Source: an uncultured Eubacteriales bacterium (GTDB taxonomy: Bacteria; Bacillota; Clostridia; Christensenellales; UBA1242). Taken from it: a DNA stretch of 64,000 bases. The translations under genes were made by a program, and so were the position numbers. The notes beneath the pieces were generated by a model, which saw nothing but the letters and a program-made list of their open reading frames with translations, was not told the origin of the DNA and made no database searches. The stretch lies in assembly GCA_902476355.1 (NCBI GenBank), contig CABSCS010000001.1, positions 5,512-69,511 of the forward strand, given 5' to 3'. This document shows, one piece after another, positions 35,864 to 46,800 of the stretch (positions are counted from its first letter, which is position 1; the number at the start of each line of letters is the position of its first letter).

Positions 35864-37975
35864 TTATTTATCGTCTTTGAACAAGCCAAATTTATATATC
35901 TGTTCAAGAATGTGTTGTTTTTCATAGAAACGGCAAGCGTCACGCTTGAAAAATTCCATTTCTTGGCTGGTTACGCCCTCGGTGACATACATATCCACAA
36001 TGTTGATTGAATAAATGTCTTGTTTGAACATTCCTGTGACATAGGAAACCATAAGGCTTTGCGAAATTTCTGCTGGGTTGAAAATGTTGAAGCCTTGGGT
36101 CATATAGGTGTTATATGGAAGCCCAAAAAGTTCGCAAACGGTTGGGAAAATGTCATAGGTGTTGCAGAAAGTGTTGTTCACTTGATGTTCAAGTTTTTTC
36201 GACCAAATCATTGCAGGAATGTTATACATATAGGTGTCATAGAAGTCGTCTTTTGAAATGTTCTTGATGCCATAGCAAAGGTTTTCATAATATGCGTTGT
36301 GGTCGGCATAAAGAACCAAAGTTGTTTTGTCTGCAAGTCCCCTTGCCTCTAATGTGTCAAGGACAAGTTTAACCATGCGGTCGGTGTCCATGGCAGCACA
36401 CTTATATTGTCTGTAAAGTGCTTCCATATGAGGGTCTTCTGGATAAGAATATGAGGTGTTTTCTGAAAGCCAAGTCTTATATCTGTCAAGTTCCTTTTTC
36501 CACAAATCATAATAAACTTGAAAACGCTCGTTTGTTCGGTTATAGGAACCATGGGTTGTAACGGTTGTAAAGAAAGAGAAAAATGGTTCGTCTTGGTCTG
36601 GAATGAACTTGTCGAGCATTGCGTTAATATAGTCCGAATCAAGGTTCCAGTCGTTGAAAGTAGTGCTTTTGTTTTCAAGTGTTACGTCTTCAACACCATA
36701 AACATTTTCAAAGCCCATGTTCTTGTTTACAACATCGCGCTCATAGAATGTCTTTTTGTATCCATGGAAATAGTTTGCTGAATAGCCAAGACTTCTGAAC
36801 AAGTTTGGAAGAGAATATGGAGTGTTCAAATTGTCTTTGCCCGCCAAAGTTGACATTTGTGTGTCTTTTGGCATGTTTCCGTTCAGTCCAATATCCTCGC
36901 TCATGTTTGTTTTGTTTTTCGAATAGAAATTTTCAAAAGCAACACCCGATTCGGTTCTAATTTTCCAAAGTGTTGGAGTATAGATTGGGTCAATTGCAAA
37001 CCACTCGAAACTTTCAAGCATAATCATAATGAGATTGTCGCCATAAAGAGTTGCCGAGGTGTTGGTTTGTTTTTGTCCGTCTTTTAAACCCTTTTTAATG
37101 TCGGTGATTTCGGCATCGGTTGGCTTGTCGTTTTTATAAATCAAATTGCCAATGCTTTTTGCATAGAAACCATAGGTTCCAAACTTTTTATAGGCTTCAA
37201 GTTTAAACTGCATGTTGTCCCACAAATATTTGTCGCTTTCGGCAACGGCAATAGAGTTTGGGGTGTTTTTAAAGTTTGCAGTTTGAACAAAAAATCCAGT
37301 GATTGAAATCGTCCAAAGAGCCGAGAAAACTGAAAGCAAAAGTGAAAGACGATTCATTCTTTTGAGTGGATAATATTTCTTTATTTTTTTGTCCATTAAA
37401 ACTTGCGAAGTGATAAGAACTGCCAAAATTGCAAGGTTTGCAAGAATGCTCCAAAACTCAATGAATTGGAAAGAGAAAGCGGCAACCGCTTCGCCACCAA
37501 GTTTAATCATGTCGAAAGAGAAAATGTCGCCAAACACCTTGTAAAGTGTTGAGTTGATGCAGTTGATTGCAATTTGAAAACCAAGGAAAACATACATGAC
37601 AGCATTTGCCCACCCACGCTTTACAACAAACATGATGCCCGCAACAACAAGATAGAACGACAAGTTTATCATGAAATAGGTTGGCAAAAGTTGAACCGTT
37701 GTTGAACTTCCGGTTGCTTTAAAGCGGATGAACGCAAAGTTCACCATTTCAAAAACAATTGCAAAAACCAAAAACAAAACCGGCTTCAAAATGTCGGAAA
37801 GATACATTCCTCCAAAGTTCTTTTCTGCCGGTTTTTCAAGAACATCAAGGTCTATCATTTTTGATTTTTCAGTTTGCTTGCTTTTAAGCTTCTTGATTTT
37901 CTTGTCTTTTTCGGCTTGTTTTTTCTTTTCTTCTTTTTCCTTTTGTTGAATATTGATATTTTTTTCTTTTTTCAT
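35864..37975 (-). CDS. LTA synthase family protein (LtaS-like sulfatase-fold, 5 TM + extracellular domain) with Lys/Glu-rich N-terminus
   Basis: N-terminal TM block then MIMLESFEWF and HGSYNR sulfatase-like motifs. The likely start is ATG 37973-37975 (GAGG SD, 7 nt after the dagK stop, 703 aa). The ORF-track start at 38014 would overlap dagK by 32 nt. Confidence 0.85.
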   Translation of the reverse strand: MKKEKNINIQQKEKEEKKKQAEKDKKIKKLKSKQTEKSKMIDLDVLEKPAEKNFGGMYLSDILKPVLFLVFAIVFEMVNFAFIRFKATGSSTTVQLLPTYFMINLSFYLVVAGIMFVVKRGWANAVMYVFLGFQIAINCINSTLYKVFGDIFSFDMIKLGGEAVAAFSFQFIEFWSILANLAILAVLITSQVLMDKKIKKYYPLKRMNRLSLLLSVFSALWTISITGFFVQTANFKNTPNSIAVAESDKYLWDNMQFKLEAYKKFGTYGFYAKSIGNLIYKNDKPTDAEITDIKKGLKDGQKQTNTSATLYGDNLIMIMLESFEWFAIDPIYTPTLWKIRTESGVAFENFYSKNKTNMSEDIGLNGNMPKDTQMSTLAGKDNLNTPYSLPNLFRSLGYSANYFHGYKKTFYERDVVNKNMGFENVYGVEDVTLENKSTTFNDWNLDSDYINAMLDKFIPDQDEPFFSFFTTVTTHGSYNRTNERFQVYYDLWKKELDRYKTWLSENTSYSYPEDPHMEALYRQYKCAAMDTDRMVKLVLDTLEARGLADKTTLVLYADHNAYYENLCYGIKNISKDDFYDTYMYNIPAMIWSKKLEHQVNNTFCNTYDIFPTVCELFGLPYNTYMTQGFNIFNPAEISQSLMVSYVTGMFKQDIYSINIVDMYVTEGVTSQEMEFFKRDACRFYEKQHILEQIYKFGLFKDDK

Positions 37976-37982
37976 TTCTGCC

Positions 37983-38894
37983 TCAAAGTTTTTCCACATA
38001 TTTTTGTGGAACAATAATTTTTACTGCTTTGTTTATAACTTTAAAATCAAAGTCGCCTGCATCGGCTTTTTCGCCGTCAAGATTGATGACCGTTTCACCC
38101 TTAACCTTCATTTTAAAGTTATGCAAAACTCGATAGGTTATTTTTTTGCTTTTTTTATAGTGGTTCAGCCCAAACGCGAAAATGCCCGCTGTGGTGCAAA
38201 CATTTGAAAATGAAACTCTTTTCTTGTTAGAGTGAACAAGCACAACTTCAACAACGCCGTCATCAAGTTGCGCTTTTTTGTTTAAAAGAAAGCCCGCCGT
38301 GCTTCTTGAATTTAAAATCAAGACGAGCGCGCAATCTTCACAAATTTTTTCGTTTTCGGTTTCAAGAACAACATGCACAGGCTTTGCATGAAAAATGTCT
38401 TTCACGCCGTCAAAGAAATATGCAATTTTACCAACACGCTTTTTAATCTCGCGCTTGGTGCGATAACTTGCTCCGGTGAAAAGCCCCGCACAACAAACAT
38501 AAATGCCATAGTGATTGTTCACCTTGAAAATGTCATGCTCATATGGAACACCAAAAACAAGGTTTTTTGTTGCTTTTTTAATGTTTCGAGGAATGTGAAG
38601 CGAGCGAGCAACATCGTTGGTTGTTCCGGTTGGAATATAGCCAATGATTGGCTTGTTTTCGCTTTCGCCCATGCCATTTATAACCTCGTTCAGGGTTCCG
38701 TCGCCCCCAGAAACAAAGAAATAGTCATATTTTCCGCAAGCCTCTTTTGCAAAAATGCATGCGTCACCCGCCTTTGTTGTTGGGCGTTCTTCAACATTGC
38801 CATATTTTTCGCGAAGGCATGACAAAATATAGTTTTTGCTTTTCAAAATCTTGCCATTTCCGCTTTCGGGATTGTAAACATAGATGCTTTTCAT
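37983..38894 (-). CDS. Diacylglycerol/lipid kinase (DagK/YegS/BmrU family)
   Basis: 303 aa. MKSIYVYNPESGNG, FFVSGGDGTLNEVING, IGYIPTGTTNDVARSL. Confidence 0.88.
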   Translation of the reverse strand: MKSIYVYNPESGNGKILKSKNYILSCLREKYGNVEERPTTKAGDACIFAKEACGKYDYFFVSGGDGTLNEVINGMGESENKPIIGYIPTGTTNDVARSLHIPRNIKKATKNLVFGVPYEHDIFKVNNHYGIYVCCAGLFTGASYRTKREIKKRVGKIAYFFDGVKDIFHAKPVHVVLETENEKICEDCALVLILNSRSTAGFLLNKKAQLDDGVVEVVLVHSNKKRVSFSNVCTTAGIFAFGLNHYKKSKKITYRVLHNFKMKVKGETVINLDGEKADAGDFDFKVINKAVKIIVPQKYVEKL

Positions 38895-39047
38895 GCTAAA
38901 ATTATATAACTATTGTTATATAATGTCAACAAAAACTCCCGCGTGCGAAATTTCAAAATCCACCAAAAACTGCAAAATTTCACATTTTTAAACATTGTTT
39001 GCTTTTTTTTGCACTTTTTCGAAAAAAGCAAAAACCATGGCACAAAA

Positions 39048-39074
39048 AAAGAAGAGCCAAATTGACTCTTCTTT
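39048..39074 (-). terminator. Terminator after the SHOCT protein gene
   Basis: GAAGAG...CTCTTC stem (6 bp plus 2 inner bp) with flanking A/T runs; the minus strand is followed by TTTTTTTGTG. Confidence 0.55.
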
Positions 39075-39088
39075 AAAAATTGAAGTGA

Positions 39089-39904
39089 TTATTCTTTGTC
39101 GATTTTTTCTTTCAAAGTTGCATATTCTTCTTCTGAAACTGCCCCACATGCTTTGAGTTCGTCAAGTTTTGCAAGGCGTTTTGCTTTCTTTTCGTCGACA
39201 GGGTTCACAACTGGTGCTTCTTCTGCAACTGGTTCTTCTTTCTTTGCAGGAGCAAAAGATTTCATGATTTCTGAACGGATTTTATTGAACTCTTCATCTG
39301 TAAGAGCGCCAAGTTCTTTGATTTCTTGAAGTTTTACAAGGCGTTCGCGAACTTTTTCCATGTTTTCAAGAGAATAGTTTGTTTCTTCTTTCTTTGCAGG
39401 TGCAACAGGAGAAACTGGTGCTGTTTGAGCGCCTTGAACACCGCTTGCAACATTTGCAAGATTTGGATCGCCAGCAAGATATCTTTCTTTTTGTTTCTTT
39501 TGAACTGCAAGAAGTCCAGCAAGAGCAAGACCAGCAATCAAAAGTCCGCAAAAGAAGAATGAAACAATAATCCATGCAAGAGCAAATGAATATTTTTCAT
39601 ATGCTTTCTTGTCGTCCATGATTGTAAGTTTTCCGAAAATTGCACCTTCGGCATAGGTGAAGCCGGCTGAAATGATTCCAACAATAAACAAAGCATATAC
39701 AGTGTTTTTAACTTGTTCAACAAGTGCTTGTGCCATTGCTGGTTCAAGACCTTGAGCAATATATTCGTTATACATTTGGACAAACAATTCGTTTGAGGAA
39801 CTTAGTCCAATAAGTCCCAAAACGCAAGTTACAACCAAAATAGAAGCGAAAATATAGCACAAAATTGAAACGGCTTTATAATAGTTATTTACAGTTTTTT
39901 CCAT
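39089..39904 (-). CDS. Membrane protein with two C-terminal SHOCT domains
   Basis: 271 aa with 4 TM helices. LVKLQEIKELGALTDEEFNKIRSEIM and LAKLDELKACGAVSEEEYATLKEKI match the SHOCT pattern. Confidence 0.8.
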   Translation of the reverse strand: MEKTVNNYYKAVSILCYIFASILVVTCVLGLIGLSSSNELFVQMYNEYIAQGLEPAMAQALVEQVKNTVYALFIVGIISAGFTYAEGAIFGKLTIMDDKKAYEKYSFALAWIIVSFFFCGLLIAGLALAGLLAVQKKQKERYLAGDPNLANVASGVQGAQTAPVSPVAPAKKEETNYSLENMEKVRERLVKLQEIKELGALTDEEFNKIRSEIMKSFAPAKKEEPVAEEAPVVNPVDEKKAKRLAKLDELKACGAVSEEEYATLKEKIDKE

Positions 39905-39988
39905 TGTTTTTCCTTTTTAAATTAAATTGCATTTTGACAATCAAATTACATTTTTTCTTTGAAAAGCCAAAAATGTTCTTATATCTTT

Positions 39989-40018
39989 ATTTTAACAAAT
40001 AAACACATAATTTGTCAA
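39989..40018 (-). promoter_or_regulatory. Candidate promoter of the SHOCT protein gene
   Basis: Minus strand TTGACA (40013-40018), 18-nt spacer, TAAAAT (39989-39994). Confidence 0.4.
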
Positions 40019-40060
40019 TAAGTTTTCCACCAACTCGTAAAAAGGTGGAACAAAACATAA

Positions 40061-40095
40061 AAAATGCCATGACAAAAAGAGTCATGACATTTTTT
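40061..40095 (-). terminator. Terminator-shaped hairpin closing the long gene-free tract downstream of the giant gene
   Basis: ATGCCATGAC-7 nt-GTCATGACAT (10 bp, one mismatch) flanked by A6 and T6; on the minus strand it is followed by TTTTTTATGTTTTG. Confidence 0.55.
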
Positions 40096-40625
40096 ATGTT
40101 TAGTTTCATAATCAAATTACAAGCGAGGTTGCTTGTGAAAAAATGATATTTTTAGTAAAGAATTTTGAAAAGTTGAAGCAAAAAGAATGAAATTTTTGCG
40201 GTTTTGTGCAAAAAATTCAAAATATTGTGATTTTTACTATTTTTGATTGGTATCGGTTCAAAAACAGCAATATTCACAAAGATTTTGTTTGTTTTTCTTT
40301 CCCCTGCCCATTGCAGGCAAAAATGGTATCGGGTTTTTGCAAAGCAAAGAGCAAAAGAAAGTGAACAAACAGGCAAATGTGCGGTATCAATTCACATTTG
40401 TTTTTTTATTTTGAAAATTTGTGCAAAGAAAGGAAAAATTCATTTTCTTTGAACAGTTTTCTTGATTTTTAGCAAAAATAACATTTTTTGAAACTTGAAA
40501 TATTTTCTTTGAAAGTGCGTTTCATATCTTTCAAAAACAATTTGCAATTCATCTTGCTTGTCACGATGAAACTTTTTCAAACGCAAATAAAGAAATCTTT
40601 GTTTTTAAACAATCAAATCGGGGTC

Positions 40626-40799
40626 AAATTTGCTTTTCAATGCCACTTTGCAGTGCTTTATTAGTTTGTTATCGTTTTCAAAGCGCAAACAATTTTAAAA
40701 ACACGATTGAGCGCTCTTTTTTGTGATTTAAAGTTGTTTTTGTTTTAAAAACTTTAACTTATAACAAAGAACAGCAAAGTGGCATTGAAAAGCAAATTT
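40626..40799. repeat. Perfect 26-bp inverted repeat flanking a 122-bp spacer (174-bp element)
   Basis: 40626-40651 AAATTTGCTTTTCAATGCCACTTTGC is the exact reverse complement of 40774-40799, checked base by base. The flanks are ..GTC| and |TCG.. (possible TC duplication). Confidence 0.9.
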
Positions 40800-40838
40800 T
40801 CGCCTTTTTTGAAGATTTTTAAACAAACAAAGAAGTCT

Positions 40839-40866
40839 TGCTTTGCAAACCGAAGTTTGCAAAGCA
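40839..40866 (-). terminator. Terminator hairpin of the giant gene
   Basis: Perfect 12-bp stem TGCTTTGCAAAC-TTCG-GTTTGCAAAGCA (minus strand), starting 7 nt after the stop codon, followed by the T-rich tract AGACTTCTTTGTTTGTTT. Confidence 0.65.
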
Positions 40867-40873
40867 GTTACTT

Positions 40874-43800
40874 TTAAGAAGCAGATCCAACAATGGTTGT
40901 TCCAGAAATTGTTGTTGTTGCAGAAGTTGTGTCGCCAACTTCGTAAACAACTCTTTGTCCGTTTGCATTGATAGAGCCACCAGTCAAAGTGAGACTTGAC
41001 TTCTCGTTATAGAAGATTCCGTTAAATGAACTTGAAGCAGTTGCAACAGTGATGTTGCAGTTTGTCATGCCCATTGTGCTTGAGTTGATATAGAACAAAC
41101 TGTTACCATTTGCAGTTCCACCAGAAACAGTGAGATATGAAGTTGTAACTTTTGCACTGTTTGTTGCGTAAACAATGCCTCCGTTACCACCCGAAGCACC
41201 TACTGTATAGTTGGTGATTGAAGTTCTGTGAATGTTAAGAGTTCCGCCATTTACAACGAAGATAGATTTTGTTTCGTTAGAAGTTGCTGAAGGAGCGGCA
41301 CTAGAAATAACTGTTGTGTTAGATGTTGCACTGCTATTTCCAATGTTGAGTGTTTTGCCCGAAGCAACTTTGAAGCATACATCACCAGTAAGAGTGATTG
41401 TATGAATGTTGGTGGTTGTTGCTGTGAAGAATCTGTTTCCAGAAGCAAATGTCAATGTCTTGCCAGAACCGGTAAGAGTGAACGAGCCTGAAATAGATGT
41501 TGCAGAGAAGTCTCCACCAAGAGTGAGGTTTGCTTTGAGCACTGCGTTAACAGCAGTAAGTCCAGAAAGTCCAGAAATTGTTGTTTTTACAGCAGTGAAC
41601 GAAGCGGCTCCGCGAGGCGCACTGTCAAGAGCAAGAACGCCAGATGCATTTGAATATTTAACCCAAATTGCAGGAGTTGATTTAGAAGCATAGATTGTTG
41701 CTGTTTTTGCAGTTTTGTTTACTGTTGCAATGCTTGTTGAAAGAGTGAAACTGTAAGTTGCTGTTGACTTATAGTTTGCGTCTGTTCTTGTGTATGCAAC
41801 AGAACCACTCGCGGTTGCAGACCAACCTGTGTGCTTATAGGTTTCAGCAGTGTCTGCATAGGCGTTGAAGCCATATGTTCCAGAAACTGTTGTTCCATAT
41901 CTTGCTTTTACGCTTGTTGGCATTGTAACGCCAGTCAAGCCATTTGCATTATATGTGATTGTAAGTTCAACACCACGAATAAGTGTTTGAATGTTTGTAG
42001 TTGAGTATGCACTTACGGTGTATGATGAACCAGCCTTTGTAAGACTTGAAGATTCGGTTGGGGTTGTAGTTGAACCAGCAATGAATCCTTTCACTTCATA
42101 ATAGGTTGAAGCAGTTGTTGTGAGAACATATGATCCACCATAGTATGCAGTGAATGTTCCGCTTAAAGCAGAAATTGTTGTAACTGTTTCTGAACCAATC
42201 TTTACAACTGTGCCTGTAAGTCCAGTTGCGGTGTTAGAGTAAACAGAAGCACCACCAAGAGTATAGGTCTTTACAGTTGCTTGTTTGCTATCAGGTTTGT
42301 AAATAGCGTAAACTGTCATTCCAGCAGTGATATTAGCATTGGTCAATGTATACTCTGTGCTTGTTGAGAGAGCAGTTCCAGTATATTCTGCTGTTGAATA
42401 CCAACCAACAAAGATATAGTTTGGCGTTCTGCTTGTTGCAGTAAGAGTGATTGAACCACCTTCACTTGCTTGTGCAGAAGTTCTGCTTGAACCAAATGAT
42501 GCTGTTGCACTTGTTCCAGCATGCATTGCTTGTGGAGTTCTGTAATAGTCTGAAACAGTGATTTCTTTAAGCCAATGTGCATAGAACGATTTGTCAACGG
42601 TTCCACCATTCAAACTGTATACGGTTGCTGTTGTAACTTGTGTTCCACCAGTTGATGCTGTGAACCAACCAGCGAATACATATCCATATCCAGTTCTTGT
42701 TGGCTCGGTTGGGAATGCAATTGTTCCTGTCCAAGTCTTGTAATATGAAATGGTTTTATAATTTGATGTTGAAATCTCAGGTTGTGCACGATAAATGAAT
42801 GAACCAGAAGCAGACTGCCATGCTCCGCCATTAGGGTGCCATGTTACGTTGTAGGTGTCAGGCTCAAACAAAGCGTATCTGTTTGTTGTTGAACCAGCAG
42901 TTCCGGCAACAGAAGCAGATGCTGTTGAAGTGCATGCTGTGTTTGAATACCAGCCAACCAATTTGTAATTGGTTTTTGCACTTGCAGTTGCTGTTCCAGT
43001 GAAGCCATGATAGAAGGTTCCGCCAGTTGCTGTTCCGCCGTCTGTTCCAGATGTCAACGAGCCAAGAGTGGTTGCGCTTGTTGCATTCTTGAAGTATGCA
43101 GAAGCGTTGATTGTGAATGTTGCGTTCACGAATTTTGCATAGAGAGTTGTATTTCCAGTGATTGTTCTTGAACCACCAGTTGTTGAAGTGGTGCAAGCCT
43201 CATTAGAGAACCAACCAGCAAATGTAAAGTTACGTGAAACGCTACTGATTGTTACGCTTGTTTTAGCAGTTGCAGAAATTGTTGCGTTTTGACCATGATA
43301 GATATAGCCACTTGCAACGCTTGTTACAACTGTTCCACTTGCGTTTAGTGCAGAAGCAATTCTTGCATATCCTCCGGTTTCACCAGTGGTGAGAGTTCCA
43401 AGAGCAGTTGCAGAAGTTGCTGCTTGATATCTTGATGTGAGTGTTACAAGATATTTTGCTTGTTCAAAGTATGCATAAATTGTTTTTGCAGAAGCACCTG
43501 TTGTATAGGTGTATGAAGATGTTGTTGAACCAGTTGCAAGCAAAGACGAGCAAGCAGAATCTGAATACCAACCAACAAATACATATCCTGTTTTTGCAGT
43601 TGCTGTGAGAGAAACAGTTTTTGATACATAGTATGAACCAGCACCAGTTACTGTTCCTGCAATTCCTGTTGTGTCAGTTGCAATATCACCAAGAGCGGTT
43701 GCGCTTGTTGCAGAACGGTATCTTACTGCAAGTGATAATGCATATGCTTTTGCAACAAATTTTACAGAGAATGTTGAGGTTCCTGAAATTGTTCTTGCAA

Positions 43801-46800
43801 GAGTTGCAGAAGTTCCAAGTGAAGAACCTGTGCAATCTCCAGTTGAATACCAACCAGCAATTTGATAGTTTGTTGCAGGTGTTGCAGTGAATGTGATTGA
43901 AACGCCATGGTATACAGAAACTGTGTATGTTCCGTTGCTGTTTGAAAGAGCAAATGAACCAGAAAGTGTTCCGCCAGTTGTTCCAAGTGTAAGTGAACCA
44001 AGAGTTGTTGCACTTGCAGGAGACTGATAGAATGCTTTGATTGTTACTGTATAGTTGGTTTGTTCAAATCTTGCATACATTGTTGTTGCGCCGGTAAGTG
44101 AACTGATTGTGTATGTTGTGCCAGTTCCACTTGCGCTTGTTTCACTTACAGAAGGGAACCAACCAACAAATGTATAACCAGTTTTTGCCGAAGCAGTCAA
44201 AGTTACTTTTGTTCCATGTGTAAATGTTCCAGTTCCTGAAACAGTTCCGCCAGCTGTTCCTGTTGAATATGAAGCAGGAAGTGTGTTAGAAGATGTTGCA
44301 GTCTTGAATTGTGTTACGACTGAAACACTGTAACTGTTAAGTTCAAACAATGCATAATATGCTTTGTTTGTGTCTGCTGAAAGTTTAAATGTGTATGAAG
44401 CACTTGTGCTTACAGCAGTTCCTGAACAAGCCTCTGTATTGTACCAACCCTTGAATGTGTATCCAGTTGTTGCACTTGCAGAGATTGTCATGTTATATCC
44501 AGCAAACCAACCTGTTACTTCGCCACTGTACTTAGCGGTGTCAACTTTTGCAGTTCCACCTTTTACTGTTCCAACATGTGCTGAAACACCAGTAAGAGGA
44601 GTTTTAACAAATTTTGCATAGATTCCAAAAATATTTGCTTTCACTTCTGATGCAGTATAGGTTGTGTCTGTTCCAACGCTAGCGTTAGAAGAGTTGAACC
44701 AACCAACAAATGTATATCCAGAAGCAGGGTCTGCTGTGAATGTGATGCTTTGTCCGTAATAGATGGTTGAATCAGATGTTGCTGAAATAGTTCCACCAGT
44801 TGTTCCAACTGTCAAATCTCCAAGAGTATTGATTCCGCTTGCAGTTCTGTATTTTGTCAAAACAGAAACAATAACTTGTGATTGAACGAACTTAGCATAG
44901 TATGTCGCATTGCCTGACACCTTAAAGGTGAACGAAGCAGATGTGCTTGATGCAGTTCCTGTGCATTCCTCATTATTGAACCAACCAACAAATCTATATC
45001 CAGTTTTTGCTGTTGCTTTCAAAGTTACGCTTGCATTATAGTCATATGAACCGCCACCTGAAACAGTTCCTCCGGTGGTTCCTGTTGTAAGAGGTCCAAG
45101 ACCAACTGCATTTATTGCAGATTGATATCTTGCAGTTGCATTGATAATGTATGAGTTAATAATAAACTTAGCGTAAACAGTAGAGTTAGCATTTACTGTT
45201 GTATATTTATTGCCAGAAAGTTTTGTTGAAGATGTGCATGCTGATGTTGTATAGAATGCATCGAATGTGTAACCAGTTGATGCTGTTGCAGAAAGGGTTA
45301 CTTCATATCCAGCAAAGTAACCAGTGTTACCATTTACTGAATATTGTGTTGTTGTAACGCTTGCTGTTCCTCCAACGCCTGTTGTAAGGGTTGTTGAAGC
45401 AGTTGAAGTTATTCCTCGTACAACAACTGAAACTTTATAAGCCTTTTGCTCGAACATTGCAATCAATGTCAAGTTTTCAGTTACACTTGAAATTTCATAG
45501 GTAGCATCTGTTGAGAGACATGTTGATGTATCACTCATTGAATACCAACCACGGAAGATATAGTTGTCCGTTGGTGTAGCAGTAAAGGTTGTTGCAAATC
45601 CATAATAAATTGGAGCGACACTAATCTTTACTGTTCCACAATTAGAACCATTATCTCCACTTGTAACAGTGTTAACGCTGTTTGCTGTTCTTGCAAGCAT
45701 TATATAACTCAATGACATTCTTGTTGATTCAAATCTAGCATAAACTGTTGTTCCTCCAACAGCAAGTCCGCTGAATGAGTATGAAGTGCTTGTTGAAAGG
45801 CTTGTTCCAGAAGCGTTATACCAACCAACAAATGAGAAGCCTGTTGCAGGTGTTGCAGTAAGAGTTACTGCTTTGCCTGGATAGTATGAACCACCACCAG
45901 AAACAGTTCCACCAGTTGTTCCAGTTGTATAGGCACTTGGAATTTCTGTTGCACTTGTTGCTTTCTTGAATTGAGCAGTGAGTGACAAGGTGTATTTGTT
46001 CAATGTGAAGTATGCATAAAGGCTTACTGATGAAGTTCCCATTGTGAATGAATATTCAGCAGTGGTGCTCTTTGCAGTGCCAGTGCATGCTGCATTGTCA
46101 AACCAACCAACGAATGTATAACCACTGTTTGCGGTTGCTTTTACTTTTACAGTTGCACCATAGTTATATGCTCCTGCGCCAGTAAGTGCTCCGCCTGCTG
46201 TTCCACTTCCAAGAGTTGAATCAAGTGCTGTTGCAGATGAAGCAACTTGATATCTTTGTTCAAGTGAAACTCCAAGACTCATCAATGTGAATTTAGCATA
46301 GAAAGTTTTTGAAGCAGAAATTGTTGGGCTATATGATGCGTTTGTTGATTCTGCTGTTGCTTCTGTTGTTGATGTGAACCAACCATTGAAGTTAGATCCA
46401 GTTCCAACAGTTGCTGTAAGTTCTGCAACTTTTCCGTGGAAGATATATCCAGTTGTTGCATTGCTTGATGTTGCAGTTCCGGTTGCGCTAGTCAATACTT
46501 TTGCAATCTTAACTGAACCAGTTCCTGTTCCAAATGTTCCAACAGTAACTTGATATCTTGCTTGTTCGAAGTATCCATAAAGTGTTGTTCCGCCAATTAC
46601 AAGTCCTGAATATGATGTTCCAGAAACTGTTGCAGCGCTTGAACATGCCGCGTTAGTGAACCAACCTTTGAATACATATCCAGATTTTGCAGTTGCAGTA
46701 AGTGTAACGGCCTTGCCTGGATAGAATGATCCGCCACCAGCAAATGCAGAGTATGCAGTTGCGTCTGTGTCGTTTGCAATAGCGTTAAGAGTTGTTGCGT

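Noticed and set aside
40152-40452. 74-aa (-) and 69-aa (+) ORFs in the 970-bp tract downstream of the giant gene
   Set aside because: They overlap each other and have no SD, and their products are low-complexity and Cys/Phe-rich. They are more likely non-coding.
40652-40773. Invertible promoter (inverton) interpretation of the 26-bp inverted repeat
   Set aside because: I found no convincing -35/-10 pair in either orientation of the 122-bp spacer and no invertase or recombinase gene in the window. The element also lies 3' of the giant gene rather than upstream of any gene. It is retained only as an alternative to test.
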